The translations under genes were made by a program, and so were the position numbers. The notes under the pieces were generated by a model. That model did no database searches. It was not told the origin of the DNA and saw nothing but the letters and a program-made list of their open reading frames with translations. This document shows positions 1-9,954 of a stretch of DNA of 64,000 bases, piece by piece (the first letter of the stretch is position 1; the number at the start of each line of letters is the position of its first letter). The stretch covers positions 58,214 to 122,213 of the forward strand of contig MKTD01000003.1 in the NCBI GenBank assembly GCA_001898165.1, given 5' to 3'. Source of the stretch: Bacteroidia bacterium 43-41. Lineage in GTDB: Bacteria; Bacteroidota; Bacteroidia; Bacteroidales; Dysgonomonadaceae.

Positions 1-396
1 ACAATCTTAACCCCTCATCCCAAGGAGCTTTCAAGACTTATTGGCGAGTGGAGCGAAGATTATGATAAAATATATAAAGTAAGAGCATTCGCAAAAGAAT
101 GTAACCTGATTATCGTTCTAAAAGGGGCTAACTCGCTGATTATAGATTCGGAGAATGTATATGTCAATAGTACCGGAACTCCGGCATTGGCGACGGCCGG
201 AAGCGGAGATGTGCTGACGGGAATTATTACGAGCTTGCTTGCACAAGGTTATGAACCGTTAAGTGCCGCTAAAGCGGGTGTTTTCATTCACGGATTGACG
301 GCAAACCTGTCGGCAACAAAGATTCACGCCCGAAGTTTTTTGGCCTCAGACATCATCGAAAATATCGGAAATGCATATTTTGAAATAGAGAAGTAA
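1..396 (+). CDS. nnr: NAD(P)H-hydrate dehydratase (YjeF C-terminal domain), 3' part; 5' end lies outside the window
   Basis: Frame 1 is open from the window edge to TAA at 394-396. Translation ILTPHPKELSRL...VLKGANSLI...TGTPALATAGSGDVLTGIITSLLAQGY matches the ADP-dependent NAD(P)HX dehydratase / carbohydrate-kinase signature. Confidence 0.8.
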   Translation, partial: TILTPHPKELSRLIGEWSEDYDKIYKVRAFAKECNLIIVLKGANSLIIDSENVYVNSTGTPALATAGSGDVLTGIITSLLAQGYEPLSAAKAGVFIHGLTANLSATKIHARSFLASDIIENIGNAYFEIEK

Positions 397-420
397 TTTG
401 GAAAATTTATTCTCCATATA

Positions 421-452
421 TTTGGCAATTTCGTAAAAATAACGTACTTTTG
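421..452 (+). promoter_or_regulatory. Bacteroidota-type promoter for rplU-rpmA (-33 TTTG, -7 TAnnTTTG)
   Basis: TTTG at 421-424 and TACTTTTG at 445-452, with about 20 nt spacing, 81 nt upstream of the rplU ATG. No experimental support. Confidence 0.4.
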
Positions 453-532
453 CACCTCGATTCGCTAATAGGCTCAATAAGTAGTTGCACAACGCAACTC
501 GCCTCAGGCATATAACGTATAAGTTATTTAAT

Positions 533-844
533 ATGTACGTAATTGTAGATATTCAGGGTCAGCAGTTTAAAGTGCAGCAAGACCAAAAATTATTTGTCCA
601 CAGGATCAATGCCGAACAGGGCAGCGAGGTGGAATTCGAAAAAGTGATGCTTATCGATAACGATGGCGATGTACAAGTGGGTGCTCCCGTCATTGAAGGC
701 GCTAAAGTGGTTGTAGAGGTTCTTTCGCATGTAAAAGGAGACAAAGTTCTCATTTTTAAGAAGAAAAGAAGAAAAGGTTACAGGAAATTGAACGGTCATC
801 GTCAACAGTTTTCCGAAGTAAGAGTCAAAGAAATTATTGCTTAA
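533..844 (+). CDS. rplU: 50S ribosomal protein L21
   Basis: [14 protein letters not shown]...[34 protein letters not shown] chose the ATG at 533 over the TTG-extended ORF start at 485. Confidence 0.95.
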   Translation: MYVIVDIQGQQFKVQQDQKLFVHRINAEQGSEVEFEKVMLIDNDGDVQVGAPVIEGAKVVVEVLSHVKGDKVLIFKKKRRKGYRKLNGHRQQFSEVRVKEIIA

Positions 845-864
845 TCAGTTAAAATCAGAAGAAA

Positions 865-1134
865 ATGGCACATAAGAAAGGTGTAGGTAGTTCGAAGAAC
901 GGCCGCGAATCGGAAAGTAAACGATTGGGCGTTAAAATATTCGGTGGAGAAATTACAAAGGCGGGCAACATTTTGGTTCGCCAGCGCGGAACAGTTCATC
1001 ACCCGGGAGAAAACGTAGGTATCGGTAAAGATCACACGCTTTTCGCGTTGATCGACGGTGTTGTGGTTTTCCGCAAACGTCACAACAACCGTTCGTTCGT
1101 ATCGGTTCTTCCGAAAGCGGAGGCAGGAGCGTAA
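865..1134 (+). CDS. rpmA: 50S ribosomal protein L27
   Basis: [29 protein letters not shown]...ILVRQRGT is the canonical L27 N-terminus. It starts 20 nt after rplU. Confidence 0.95.
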   Translation: MAHKKGVGSSKNGRESESKRLGVKIFGGEITKAGNILVRQRGTVHHPGENVGIGKDHTLFALIDGVVVFRKRHNNRSFVSVLPKAEAGA

Positions 1135-1197
1135 ACTTTTAGCCTGCTTGAAACAGGATACTTGATCCATAAAATAATAATTTTTTTAGTTGATAGG

Positions 1198-1234
1198 AAC
1201 AGCCTGCTATTTCGATAGTCAGGTTGTTTTTTAT
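1198..1234 (+). terminator. Rho-independent terminator after rpmA
   Basis: AACAGCCTGCTAT-TTCG-ATAGTCAGGTTGTT gives a ~13-bp stem (one bulge, one G-U) with a tetraloop, followed by TTTTAT. Confidence 0.7.
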
Positions 1235-1243
1235 TTCCACAAC

Positions 1244-2434
1244 ATGAAGCTGACTCAACAACAAAAAGATTTTATCCGCCAAAACGAACAGAGCGATGTC
1301 CGGAAGCTGGCATTAAAGCTCAATAAGGATAGATACCGGAGACCGGATGTTGAGTTTGTTTTGAAACAAATTTCGGGACGGCAAACAGCTAAAGAGAAAT
1401 TCCCGTGCTGCTATGCCCACGATGAGATCATTTATCCGGCGCATTTATCGCTGGAGCAGGCATCTTCCGAAGCCACCGCCAAATATAAGGCTTCATTAAT
1501 TCCTGGCGAAAATGGGGCCTTTGCAGATTTAACCGGTGGGATGGGGGTGGACTTTGCTTTTTTGTCGCAACGCTTTGTGCAATCGGTTTACGTGGAGCAG
1601 GATCCGGAACTTTGTGAGATAGCCGGGCATAATTTCGAAGTGTTGGGCTTGCGGGGCATTGAGGTGGAGAACTCGACGAGTGAAACTTTTTTAAAAAAAA
1701 TGCCTCCGGCAGACCTGATTTTTCTGGATCCGTCACGCAGGGACGATGTCGGGCGGAAAGTGATCCGGATTGAAGACTGTTCACCGGATGTATCGAAAAT
1801 ACAGGATATGTTGCTTGCCAAAGCAAAATTAGTTTTGATTAAATTTTCACCCATGCTCGATATTTCATTAGCGGTAAAAAGCCTGAGGAACGTGAGCGAA
1901 GTTCACATTGTTTCCGTAGAAAACGAGTGTAAGGAGTTGTTATTTTTGCTTTCTTTCAAAGCGGATGCTGTAGTCTATAATGCTGTTAATCTGAATAAAT
2001 GCGGCGATATTGAAAAGTTTTGCTTTACTCCGGAAGAAGAACTTGGCCTGGAAATCCCTTTTGCCAAAACTGTGGGGAGGTACCTTTACGAACCCAATGC
2101 TTCCATTCTTAAAGCGGGAGGTTTTAAAAGCGTTGCAAAGCAATTTGACATTCAAAAACTGCACATAAACAGCCATCTGTACACATCAGACAACCTGATC
2201 ACCGCTTTTCCGGGGCGCGTATTTGAGGTGAAGGGTTGGTTTACGCCCAACAAGAAAAACATAAAATCATTTCTTTCCAACACAAAAAAAGCGAACATCT
2301 CCGTTCGCAATTTTCCGATGCCTGTAGCCGTAATCCGTCAAAAAACCGGATTGAAAGAGGGTGGGGGTACCTATCTTTTTGCTACCACCGTTGCCGATGG
2401 AACAATGGTATGGGTGACAGGAGAGAGGTTATAA
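1244..2434 (+). CDS. Class I SAM-dependent methyltransferase (THUMP-like/RsmD-like family, specific substrate unknown)
   Basis: SAM motif [15 protein letters not shown], followed by IFLDPSRR. The ATG at 1244 lies after the rpmA terminator, so the TTG extension from 1190 is rejected. Confidence 0.7.
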   Translation: MKLTQQQKDFIRQNEQSDVRKLALKLNKDRYRRPDVEFVLKQISGRQTAKEKFPCCYAHDEIIYPAHLSLEQASSEATAKYKASLIPGENGAFADLTGGMGVDFAFLSQRFVQSVYVEQDPELCEIAGHNFEVLGLRGIEVENSTSETFLKKMPPADLIFLDPSRRDDVGRKVIRIEDCSPDVSKIQDMLLAKAKLVLIKFSPMLDISLAVKSLRNVSEVHIVSVENECKELLFLLSFKADAVVYNAVNLNKCGDIEKFCFTPEEELGLEIPFAKTVGRYLYEPNASILKAGGFKSVAKQFDIQKLHINSHLYTSDNLITAFPGRVFEVKGWFTPNKKNIKSFLSNTKKANISVRNFPMPVAVIRQKTGLKEGGGTYLFATTVADGTMVWVTGERL

Positions 2435-3253
2435 ATACTTCCCCAACATTTCCGCCATCTCCACCTGTAACTTTTTAGCTTCCTCGCCGGCAGTTTCCGC
2501 AAACGTTTCGGTACTGTCGGCATAAATGATCCCGCGCGAAGAGTTCACCAATAAACCACATTCATTATTCATTCCGTACCGGCAAACCTCTTCCAGCGAA
2601 CCGCCCTGTGCGCCTATGCCCGGGACAAGAAGGAAATGATCCGGAGCAAGCTTTCTCACATCTTCGAAAAGCTTCCCCTGTGTAGCGCCTACCACATACA
2701 TCATTTGGTCGGCTGATGCCCACGTTTGCGATCTGCGAAGCACTTTCTCAAACAAACGCTCACCGTCCCGATCCTGAATAAACTGAAAGTCGTATGAACC
2801 TCTATTGCTTGTAAGGGCAAGCAGGATAACCCATTTCCCATTATAATTGAGAAAAGGCGCGACGCTGTCTTCGCCCATATACGGTGCAACGGTGACGGCA
2901 TCCACCCTGGCGGTTTCAAAAAACGTGCGGGCATACATTTCACTCGTGTTTCCTATATCGCCCCGTTTGGCATCGGCGATCACAAATTGATCGGGATAAC
3001 GTTGCCTGATGTAGGCCACTGTTTTTTCGAAAGCCAGCCAACCCGCCAACCCCTGGCTTTCATAAAAAGCCAGGTTGGGTTTGTATGCCACGCAATAGGG
3101 AGCTGTTTTATCAACAATCTCTTTGTTAAAGGCGTAAATAGGATCATCTTTTTCCAGCAGGTGTTCCGGAATTTTCTTAATATCCGTATCCAGTCCCACA
3201 CAGAGAAAAGATTTCTTTTTTTTAATTTGGGCAAGAAGTTCTTGTTTGGTCAT
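2429..3253 (-). CDS. pyrF: Orotidine-5'-phosphate decarboxylase (long, type 2 form)
   Basis: [14 protein letters not shown]...[13 protein letters not shown]...[11 protein letters not shown] are OMP decarboxylase motifs. Confidence 0.9.
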   Translation of the reverse strand: MTKQELLAQIKKKKSFLCVGLDTDIKKIPEHLLEKDDPIYAFNKEIVDKTAPYCVAYKPNLAFYESQGLAGWLAFEKTVAYIRQRYPDQFVIADAKRGDIGNTSEMYARTFFETARVDAVTVAPYMGEDSVAPFLNYNGKWVILLALTSNRGSYDFQFIQDRDGERLFEKVLRRSQTWASADQMMYVVGATQGKLFEDVRKLAPDHFLLVPGIGAQGGSLEEVCRYGMNNECGLLVNSSRGIIYADSTETFAETAGEEAKKLQVEMAEMLGKYL

Positions 3254-3276
3254 AATGCCTGTTTTATTTTGAACGC

Positions 3277-4362
3277 TTAAATTTCGGCTTCCTTCATCCG
3301 TTCCGTGTTTTCACTTACGATAAGCTGATTGATGACATCCTGAATATCGCCGTCCATAAACGCGGAAAGGTTGTAAACGGTATAATTGATACGGTGGTCG
3401 GTAATGCGTCCCTGCGGATAGTTGTAGGTGCGGATCTTAGCCGAACGGTCGCCGGTGGAGACCATCGTTTTGCGTCTCGAAGCAATATCGCCCTGGCGTT
3501 TGGTAAGTTCAATATCATAAAGCTTGGTACGCAACATCTGCATGGCCAGCTCCCGATTCGCCAATTGCGAGCGCGCCTGCTGACAAACCACTACAATACC
3601 GCTTGGTTTATGGGTAAGCTGTACTTTTGTTTCCACCTTATTTACATTTTGCCCGCCGGCGCCACTGGAACGTGCTGTATGAAAATCGATATCGGCAGGG
3701 TTGATCTCCACATCAAACTCTTCTGCTTCGGGCAGTACGGCAACGGTTGCAGCCGATGTATGTACACGGCCTTGTGTTTCGGTTGCCGGAACACGTTGTA
3801 CCCGATGGACTCCCGACTCGTATTTCAATGTTCCGTAAACATTTTCGCCGCTAACCGTAAATATGATTTCCTTGAAGCCTCCCGCGCTACCTTCGGTATA
3901 ACTGGATACTTCGGTTTTCCAGCCTTTGCTTTCGCAATACCGGATATACATTTTGTATAAGTCCCCTGCAAAGATAGAGGCTTCATCACCTCCCGTCCCT
4001 CCACGAATTTCCATAATGACATTCTTTTCATCTTCGGGATCGGCAGGAATGAGCAAGAGCTTTATTTTTTCTTCCATTTCGGGAAGTTTTCCGGTGTTGG
4101 TGGAAAGTTCTTCGTTGGCAAGCGTACGCAAATCACTGTCCGACTCGGTATCCAGAATCATTTTGGCCTCTTCAATTGAGTCTAATGCTTGTTTGTACTC
4201 GTTTCGGGCCTCCACAATCTCTTCCAGGTCGCGGTATTCTTTGTTGAGTTTTACAAAACGCTTCATATCGCCAATGACCGTAGGGTCGGTAATCAACGTG
4301 CCTATTTCCTCGAAACGGGTTACCAAATGGTCGAGTTTATCTAATAATGAGTTTTCTGACAT
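3277..4362 (-). CDS. prfA: Peptide chain release factor 1
   Basis: The PAT tripeptide ([14 protein letters not shown]) and the GGQ motif ([15 protein letters not shown]) are present. There is no internal frameshift. The ATG at 4362 ([11 protein letters not shown]) is preferred over the ORF start at 4410. Confidence 0.95.
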   Translation of the reverse strand: MSENSLLDKLDHLVTRFEEIGTLITDPTVIGDMKRFVKLNKEYRDLEEIVEARNEYKQALDSIEEAKMILDTESDSDLRTLANEELSTNTGKLPEMEEKIKLLLIPADPEDEKNVIMEIRGGTGGDEASIFAGDLYKMYIRYCESKGWKTEVSSYTEGSAGGFKEIIFTVSGENVYGTLKYESGVHRVQRVPATETQGRVHTSAATVAVLPEAEEFDVEINPADIDFHTARSSGAGGQNVNKVETKVQLTHKPSGIVVVCQQARSQLANRELAMQMLRTKLYDIELTKRQGDIASRRKTMVSTGDRSAKIRTYNYPQGRITDHRINYTVYNLSAFMDGDIQDVINQLIVSENTERMKEAEI

Positions 4363-4375
4363 GTTATGCCTAATT

Positions 4376-5551
4376 CTAAGGATAAACAAACTTTCCAAAT
4401 TCACTCTCAATCACTAATTTCCGTACATCTGATTTTTCCACACGCCCAACCACTTGTGCATCAACATTAAACGATCTGGAAATTTCAATCACACGCGAAG
4501 CGTAAGTTTCGGGCAGGTAAATCTCCATCCGGTGTCCCATATTAAAGACTTTATACATCTCTTTCCAGTTGGTATTTGATTGATCGTGAATAAGTTTGAA
4601 TAACGGTGGAATAGGGAAGAGGTTGTCTTTTGTAACGCGCAAACCTTCGTTAAGGAAGTGCATGATTTTTGTTTGTGCACCACCGGAACAGTGGACCATT
4701 CCGTGGATATTTCCACGTAATTCATTCAGCATTAGCGATATAATAGGGGAATAGGTGCGGGTAGGGGACAGAACCAGCTTCCCGGCATCAATTCCCAAGT
4801 TTTCGATTTGTTCGGTAAGCCTTACGTTGCCAGAATAGATTAAATCTGCCGGAATGGCGGCATCATAACTCTCGGGGTATCTCTGTGCCAGATAGTTGGC
4901 AAAAACATCGTGCCGGGCCGATGTTAAACCGTTGCTTCCCATTCCTCCGTTATATTCATGCTCGTATGTAGCTTGTCCCGATGAGGATAACCCGACAATA
5001 ACATCTCCGGACCGGATGTTGGCATTATCAATAACATCGGAGCGCCTCATGCGGCAAGTTACTGTGCTATCTACAATGATGGTCCTCACCAGATCACCCA
5101 CGTCGGCCGTTTCTCCGCCCGTAGGATAAATGTGTACGCCCAGCGACGAGAGTTCTTCGCAAAGTTCGTTTGTGGCGTTTATAATGGCTGAAATCACTTC
5201 ACCGGGAATCAGGTTCTTGTTGCGTCCAATGGTGGAAGAGAGCAATATGTTATCGGTAGCACCGACGCACAATAAATCGTCGATGTTCATGATTAGCGCG
5301 TCTTGCGCAATTCCTTTCCAAACGGAAATATCCCCGGTTTCGCGCCAATAAACGTATGCCAGCGACGATTTTGTCCCGGCACCGTCGGCATGCATTATAT
5401 TGCAAAAACCGGGATCGTCGCCAAGTATATCGGGAATTATTTTGCAGAATGCTTTCGGAAAAATTCCTTTGTCGATATTTTTTATGGCATCGTGCACATC
5501 TTCCTTTGAAGCAGAAACGCCGCGGAGATTGTATCGTTGAGAGGTTGTCAT
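4376..5551 (-). CDS. purM: Phosphoribosylformylglycinamidine cyclo-ligase (AIR synthase family)
   Basis: [15 protein letters not shown]...[10 protein letters not shown]...GGETADVGD shows the AIR-synthase/PurM fold in the long Bacteroidota form. Confidence 0.8.
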   Translation of the reverse strand: MTTSQRYNLRGVSASKEDVHDAIKNIDKGIFPKAFCKIIPDILGDDPGFCNIMHADGAGTKSSLAYVYWRETGDISVWKGIAQDALIMNIDDLLCVGATDNILLSSTIGRNKNLIPGEVISAIINATNELCEELSSLGVHIYPTGGETADVGDLVRTIIVDSTVTCRMRRSDVIDNANIRSGDVIVGLSSSGQATYEHEYNGGMGSNGLTSARHDVFANYLAQRYPESYDAAIPADLIYSGNVRLTEQIENLGIDAGKLVLSPTRTYSPIISLMLNELRGNIHGMVHCSGGAQTKIMHFLNEGLRVTKDNLFPIPPLFKLIHDQSNTNWKEMYKVFNMGHRMEIYLPETYASRVIEISRSFNVDAQVVGRVEKSDVRKLVIESEFGKFVYP

Positions 5552-5552
5552 A

Positions 5553-5580
5553 GCATAAAAAAATTCAAAACAGTTTCTAA
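5553..5580 (+). repeat. 28-nt intergenic repeat, copy 1 (GCATAAAAAAATTCAAAACAGTTTCTAA)
   Basis: Identical (28/28) to 18701-18728 and 26/28 to 18117-18144. It starts 2 nt from the purM start codon, antisense to purM. Confidence 0.85.
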
Positions 5581-5697
5581 CGCAAAAGTAATAAAAAACT
5601 ACGAATTCCCGGCATTAATTCAGATTGATCTATTTTTCCTATAATTACTATTATGTTTAATCGTATTTTATCCATCTCCTGCTCAGCCTGCTTGTCC

Positions 5698-5735
5698 TAG
5701 AAAAGAAAAGTGGCGCCGGTATTCCGACACCACTT
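5698..5735 (-). terminator. Rho-independent terminator after the TPR lipoprotein gene
   Basis: On the minus strand, AAGTGGTGTCGG-AATA-CCGGCGCCACTT forms 12 bp (2 G-U pairs), followed by TTTCTTTTCT. Confidence 0.7.
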
Positions 5736-5759
5736 CATGTTACGTTAAGTTTTATCAGG

Positions 5760-7040
5760 TTACAATCCCAATTCTGTTTCCACTTCCTTCAGTTGTGCAG
5801 ATTTGTCAACACCCATCATGCTTAAGTTGTAATACACGTTTCTGAGTTTCATCAAAGCTGCCTCTATTTCCGTTTTATCAGCTGATCTGTCTTTCAATGA
5901 TTTTGTGAATTTTTCCAAGTGCGGCAATGCCTTTTGATAAAATTCAATTGTTTTTTTGTCATTTTCCAGCTGCAACTTGCGATCTGTCATAGTAGCTGTT
6001 TTTTCTTTTAAATCCTGTGCTTGAAGAATAAAGTTCACGGCAAGCGCTTCAAGAGCCCTTTCACAATTTGGATTTTGAATTAACGCCTTGTTATATTCTT
6101 CTTCAGCTGCTGCATAATCTCCTTTTTCGGCTAGCAATGCACCTTTAACGCTGTTTAAATCACAAGCGTTGGATGGATCATTCTTGATGGCCTCATCCAG
6201 ATATTCCATTGCTTTTTTATTATCTCCCTGATGGATAAAAACGTTTACCAGGTTAGGAATGAAATACTTGCTTTCCGGAAATTTTTCAGCACCTGCATAA
6301 AGAGTTTCCAGGTATTTAGCTGAATCGCCTTGTTGAATATATTCACTGGCAATTAATTCGTAAATATCGCTCTCTTTGTAAGCGCTATTCGCAACAAATG
6401 GTTCTTTAGATGCCCTTTCCAGCATAGCCAATGCCCTTTTGTGGTCTTGTGCCTGGATAGCCGTGATAATGGCATAATATTTAATGGTTTGGAAAGTACT
6501 GTCTATCACAAAAGCGTCTTTCTGCCCGGCAAACATCGGTAATGACGGAATGTCCCAATATATCTGGAAGAAATCGGAAGCTTTGGAATATTGTTGTTTT
6601 TCATTGAAGAAAATGCCGCCGTTAATATAGAAAGGATGGTTGGCTTTTAAAATTCCGGCGATATCTTTTCTGAACTTATTTTTTACTTTTCCTTTTTCAT
6701 CCGGTAATTCACCTAGGGAATCGGCTTTCAGGTACGGTGCGTAAGAATCCAGCAATCCGTTGTACATTGCTTCCTGATTAGCTTGTTTTCCAAGCATTTC
6801 ATTCGTTCTTTCGTTATCGAATGCCTTGTTGCCGATATCTCCAAAGATTTTCCAGGTTTCCGGGTCGTTGGCGGTTTCGGCATTCGTAGTGGCTTGTTTT
6901 ATCAAGGTGCGAGCTTCATTCAGGTCGTTGCTTCCCAAAGATCTCTTGGCGTCTCTTAGAGCCGATTTTTGTGCAAACAGGGGGCTTGCAGCAAAAACAG
7001 CCAACGCTGTAAAGAAAAATAATTTTTTCATTTCATTCAT
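5760..7040 (-). CDS. Secreted TPR-repeat protein (function unknown)
   Basis: Signal peptide MKKLFFFTALAVFAASPLFAQ, then repeated TPR-like helical units (YAAAEEEYNKALIQNPN, NKKAMEYLDEAIKNDPSN). Confidence 0.6.
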   Translation of the reverse strand: MNEMKKLFFFTALAVFAASPLFAQKSALRDAKRSLGSNDLNEARTLIKQATTNAETANDPETWKIFGDIGNKAFDNERTNEMLGKQANQEAMYNGLLDSYAPYLKADSLGELPDEKGKVKNKFRKDIAGILKANHPFYINGGIFFNEKQQYSKASDFFQIYWDIPSLPMFAGQKDAFVIDSTFQTIKYYAIITAIQAQDHKRALAMLERASKEPFVANSAYKESDIYELIASEYIQQGDSAKYLETLYAGAEKFPESKYFIPNLVNVFIHQGDNKKAMEYLDEAIKNDPSNACDLNSVKGALLAEKGDYAAAEEEYNKALIQNPNCERALEALAVNFILQAQDLKEKTATMTDRKLQLENDKKTIEFYQKALPHLEKFTKSLKDRSADKTEIEAALMKLRNVYYNLSMMGVDKSAQLKEVETELGL

Positions 7041-7134
7041 CGTTTTAAGTTAAATACTGTCCTTTTCTTATTTGTTTGAAATTTCTATTGATTTATTTGA
7101 CTGCAAAATTACAAAAAGTTTAAAATATATGCAC

Positions 7135-9681
7135 TTATTCGTCAGTTTCCTCCGTTATATTTTCCTCTTCATCGATATCTTCAGGTAAAACAATTTCCAC
7201 ATCATCTATCTCTTCCTCTGAATTTACTTTACATACCGAAGCAATTTCATCGTTTCGTTTTTCCAGATTTATGAGCCGGACTCCCTGAGTTGCACGTCCC
7301 ATCGTGCGAATATCGGAAATTTTTACACGTATTGTTATGCCTGATTTGTTAATAATCATTAAATCGTTGTCGTCCGTCACACTTTTTATCGCAACAAGTT
7401 TTCCTGTTTTCTCCGTAATGTTCAGTGTCTTAACACCTTTTCCTCCTCTATATGTAATTCTGTAAACCGGTTCACCATCTTCGTCGTTAAGCATTGTTCG
7501 CTTTCCGTATCCTTGTTCCGATACTACCAATATGGTATCTTTTGAGTCGGAATCCATACAGATCATGCCAATTACATAATCTTCCCCGTCTTCGTCCAAC
7601 GTCATGCCTTTTACTCCGGTTGCGGTACGGCCCATAGGACGGACATCCTCCTCGTTGAAACGGATGGCACGGCCGTTCCGGTTTGCCATGATGATGTCTT
7701 TTTTACCGTTGGTTAATCTTACGGCGATTACCTGATCGTCTTCCCTTAATCCTATGGCAATGACACCGTTCTGACGCGGGCGCGAATAAGCTTCCAATAA
7801 TGTTTTCTTGATAACTCCCGATTTTGTTCCAAAAATCAGGTAATTGGAGTTGATGTACTCTTCGTCATCCAACGTGAGCACCCTCACAAAGGCGGTGATG
7901 CTGTCGTCCGAATCGATGTTCAGCAGATTTTGGATAGCCCTTCCTTTTGATGTTTTTGTGCCTTCGGGAATTTCATATACCTTTAACCAGTAACATTTGC
8001 CTTTTTGAGTAAAGAAAAGCATATAGTTGTGGTTGGTAGCGGGATAGATGTATTCTACGAAATCCTCGTCTCTTGTTTGTGAGCCTTTAGCCCCTACTCC
8101 GCCCCTGTTCTGCGTACGGAACTCTGTTAACGGGGTACGTTTGATGTAGCCGAAATGCGAAATGGTAATGATCATTTCATCGTCGGAATAAAAATCCTCG
8201 GGGTTCATTTCTTCCGAAGCAAAAACAATTTCAGAACGGCGTTTATCGCCGAATTTATCGCGAACTTCAATCAACTCGTCTTTAATGATCTGCATGCGAA
8301 GTTCTTCGTTATTCAAAATATCGTTTAAATGAGCTATCAACCGTTGAATTTCTTCGAACTCGGCATGAAGTTTATCCTGTTCAAGTCCGGTAAGTTGCCT
8401 TAACCGCATCTCTACAATGGCACGTGACTGAATATCGGACAACTCAAAGCGCTCCATTAACCGTTGAATGGCTTCTTGCGGCGTGCTCGAACTACGGATA
8501 ATAGCAATTACCTCGTCAATATTATCAGACGCAATGATCAGGCCCTGCAGTATATGTGCCCGTTCTTCCGCTTTGCGAAGTTCGTATTTTGTACGCCGCA
8601 CAACCACTTCGTGGCGGTGTTCGACGAACAGTTCAATCATTTGCTTGAGGTTAAGCAATTCGGGACGGCCTTTTACCAACGCAATGTTATTCACGCTGAA
8701 TGATGACTGCATGGCCGTTAACTTATACAGCTTGTTCAGGACCACGTTGGCGTTGGCGTCGCGTTTAACATCCACCACAATACGCATTCCCTGACGGTCT
8801 GACTCATCGTTGACGTTAGAAATCCCTTCAATTTTTTTATCACCGACCAGGTCGGCAATATGCTTGATCAATTCCGCTTTGTTTACTAAATAAGGGATCT
8901 CCGAAATGATTATTTTATCGTGGTTTTTTCCCGATTCAATTTCAGCTTTTCCACGCATCACAATGCGTCCCCTACCCGTTTCAAAAGCGTCTATAACGCC
9001 CTTATAACCATAAATATAACCACCTGTGGGGAAGTCGGGCGCCTTGATGTAGTGCATCAACCCCTCTATATCTATCTCTTTGTCATCGATATAAGCTACA
9101 ATTCCGTTAATTACTTCCGTTAAATTATGCGGAGCCATATTGGTGGCCATCCCCACCGCAATACCGGCTGCGCCGTTGATGATCAGGTTGGGTATCCGCG
9201 TTGGCAAAACGGTCGGTTCCTGAAGGGTATCGTCGAAATTGAGTTGGAAATCTACCGTTTCTTTATCGATATCGCGAAGCATTTCTTCGGCAAGCTTGTT
9301 CAACCTTGCCTCGGTGTAACGCATGGCCGCGGGGCTGTCGCCGTCAACACTTCCCATGTTTCCCTGACCGTCCACCAGCGTGTAGCGCATGCTCCATTCC
9401 TGAGCCAGGCGCACCATGGCATTGTAAACCGATGAGTCGCCATGTGGATGGTACTTCCCGAGTACTTCCCCTACGATCCTCGCCGATTTCTTGTGTGGCT
9501 TGTCCGACGTATTCCCTAATTCGGACATCCCGAAAAGAATACGCCTGTGCACGGGTTTAAAACCATCACGCACATCAGGTAATGCACGTGATACGATAAC
9601 GGACATCGAATAATCGATGTAGGCCGACTTCATTTCATCTTCGATGTTGATCTTAATGACTCTGTCTTCTTGGTCAATCAT
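7135..9681 (-). CDS. gyrA: DNA gyrase subunit A
   Basis: [20 protein letters not shown]...[30 protein letters not shown] (the QRDR region with the catalytic Tyr context [10 protein letters not shown]), C-terminal beta-pinwheel repeats and an acidic tail. Confidence 0.97.
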   Translation of the reverse strand: MIDQEDRVIKINIEDEMKSAYIDYSMSVIVSRALPDVRDGFKPVHRRILFGMSELGNTSDKPHKKSARIVGEVLGKYHPHGDSSVYNAMVRLAQEWSMRYTLVDGQGNMGSVDGDSPAAMRYTEARLNKLAEEMLRDIDKETVDFQLNFDDTLQEPTVLPTRIPNLIINGAAGIAVGMATNMAPHNLTEVINGIVAYIDDKEIDIEGLMHYIKAPDFPTGGYIYGYKGVIDAFETGRGRIVMRGKAEIESGKNHDKIIISEIPYLVNKAELIKHIADLVGDKKIEGISNVNDESDRQGMRIVVDVKRDANANVVLNKLYKLTAMQSSFSVNNIALVKGRPELLNLKQMIELFVEHRHEVVVRRTKYELRKAEERAHILQGLIIASDNIDEVIAIIRSSSTPQEAIQRLMERFELSDIQSRAIVEMRLRQLTGLEQDKLHAEFEEIQRLIAHLNDILNNEELRMQIIKDELIEVRDKFGDKRRSEIVFASEEMNPEDFYSDDEMIITISHFGYIKRTPLTEFRTQNRGGVGAKGSQTRDEDFVEYIYPATNHNYMLFFTQKGKCYWLKVYEIPEGTKTSKGRAIQNLLNIDSDDSITAFVRVLTLDDEEYINSNYLIFGTKSGVIKKTLLEAYSRPRQNGVIAIGLREDDQVIAVRLTNGKKDIIMANRNGRAIRFNEEDVRPMGRTATGVKGMTLDEDGEDYVIGMICMDSDSKDTILVVSEQGYGKRTMLNDEDGEPVYRITYRGGKGVKTLNITEKTGKLVAIKSVTDDNDLMIINKSGITIRVKISDIRTMGRATQGVRLINLEKRNDEIASVCKVNSEEEIDDVEIVLPEDIDEEENITEETDE

Positions 9682-9877
9682 ACTAAAATATAATTTTTCT
9701 CTTTAGATATATCTTATACTATGCTGAAAAACAGAATAATAGATACATCCTTTACATCTTTTTAAATAACGTACTAAGGTAAGGATTTTTCACTGTTTAA
9801 CAAAAGAATTTCAGTCAAAAATCAGTTGCCCCGGCTTCCAATTAATGTTTTTTATTGTTTGTTCCTGAAGGCGTTTT

Positions 9878-9921
9878 CAAACAAAAAAACAACCCGAAGT
9901 AAACTCAACTTTCTTCGGGTT
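9878..9921 (-). terminator. Rho-independent terminator after secA (hairpin also has a T-run on the + strand)
   Basis: AACCCGAAG / CTTCGGGTT form a perfect 9-bp stem with a 13-nt loop. On the minus strand it is followed by GTTTTTTTGTTTG. Confidence 0.65.
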
Positions 9922-9933
9922 ATTTTTTACTCT

Positions 9934-9954
9934 ATTGAGAAACTGTTTCTAACA
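9934..9954 (-). repeat. Degenerate copy of the AAACAGTTTCT core repeat
   Basis: The reverse complement reads TGTTAGAAACAGTTTCTCAAT. It shares AAACAGTTTCTCAAT with the 33552 copy and lies between the secA stop and its terminator. Confidence 0.4.

Noticed and set aside
485-532. 5' extensions of ORFs in the supplied track (485-532, 1190-1243, 4363-4410, 27168-27227, 37743-37823, 38416-38451, 39602-39631, 41393-41416, 48566-48637, 58255-58302, 61008-61043)
   Set aside because: In each case an internal ATG gives the family-typical N-terminus or signal peptide. The extension would overlap a terminator, a -7 box or the neighbouring gene, and several extensions begin with TTG or GTG.
3277-4362. Programmed +1 frameshift, as in release factor 2
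   Set aside because: The protein carries the RF1-specific PAT motif and is a single uninterrupted frame. It is prfA, not prfB.
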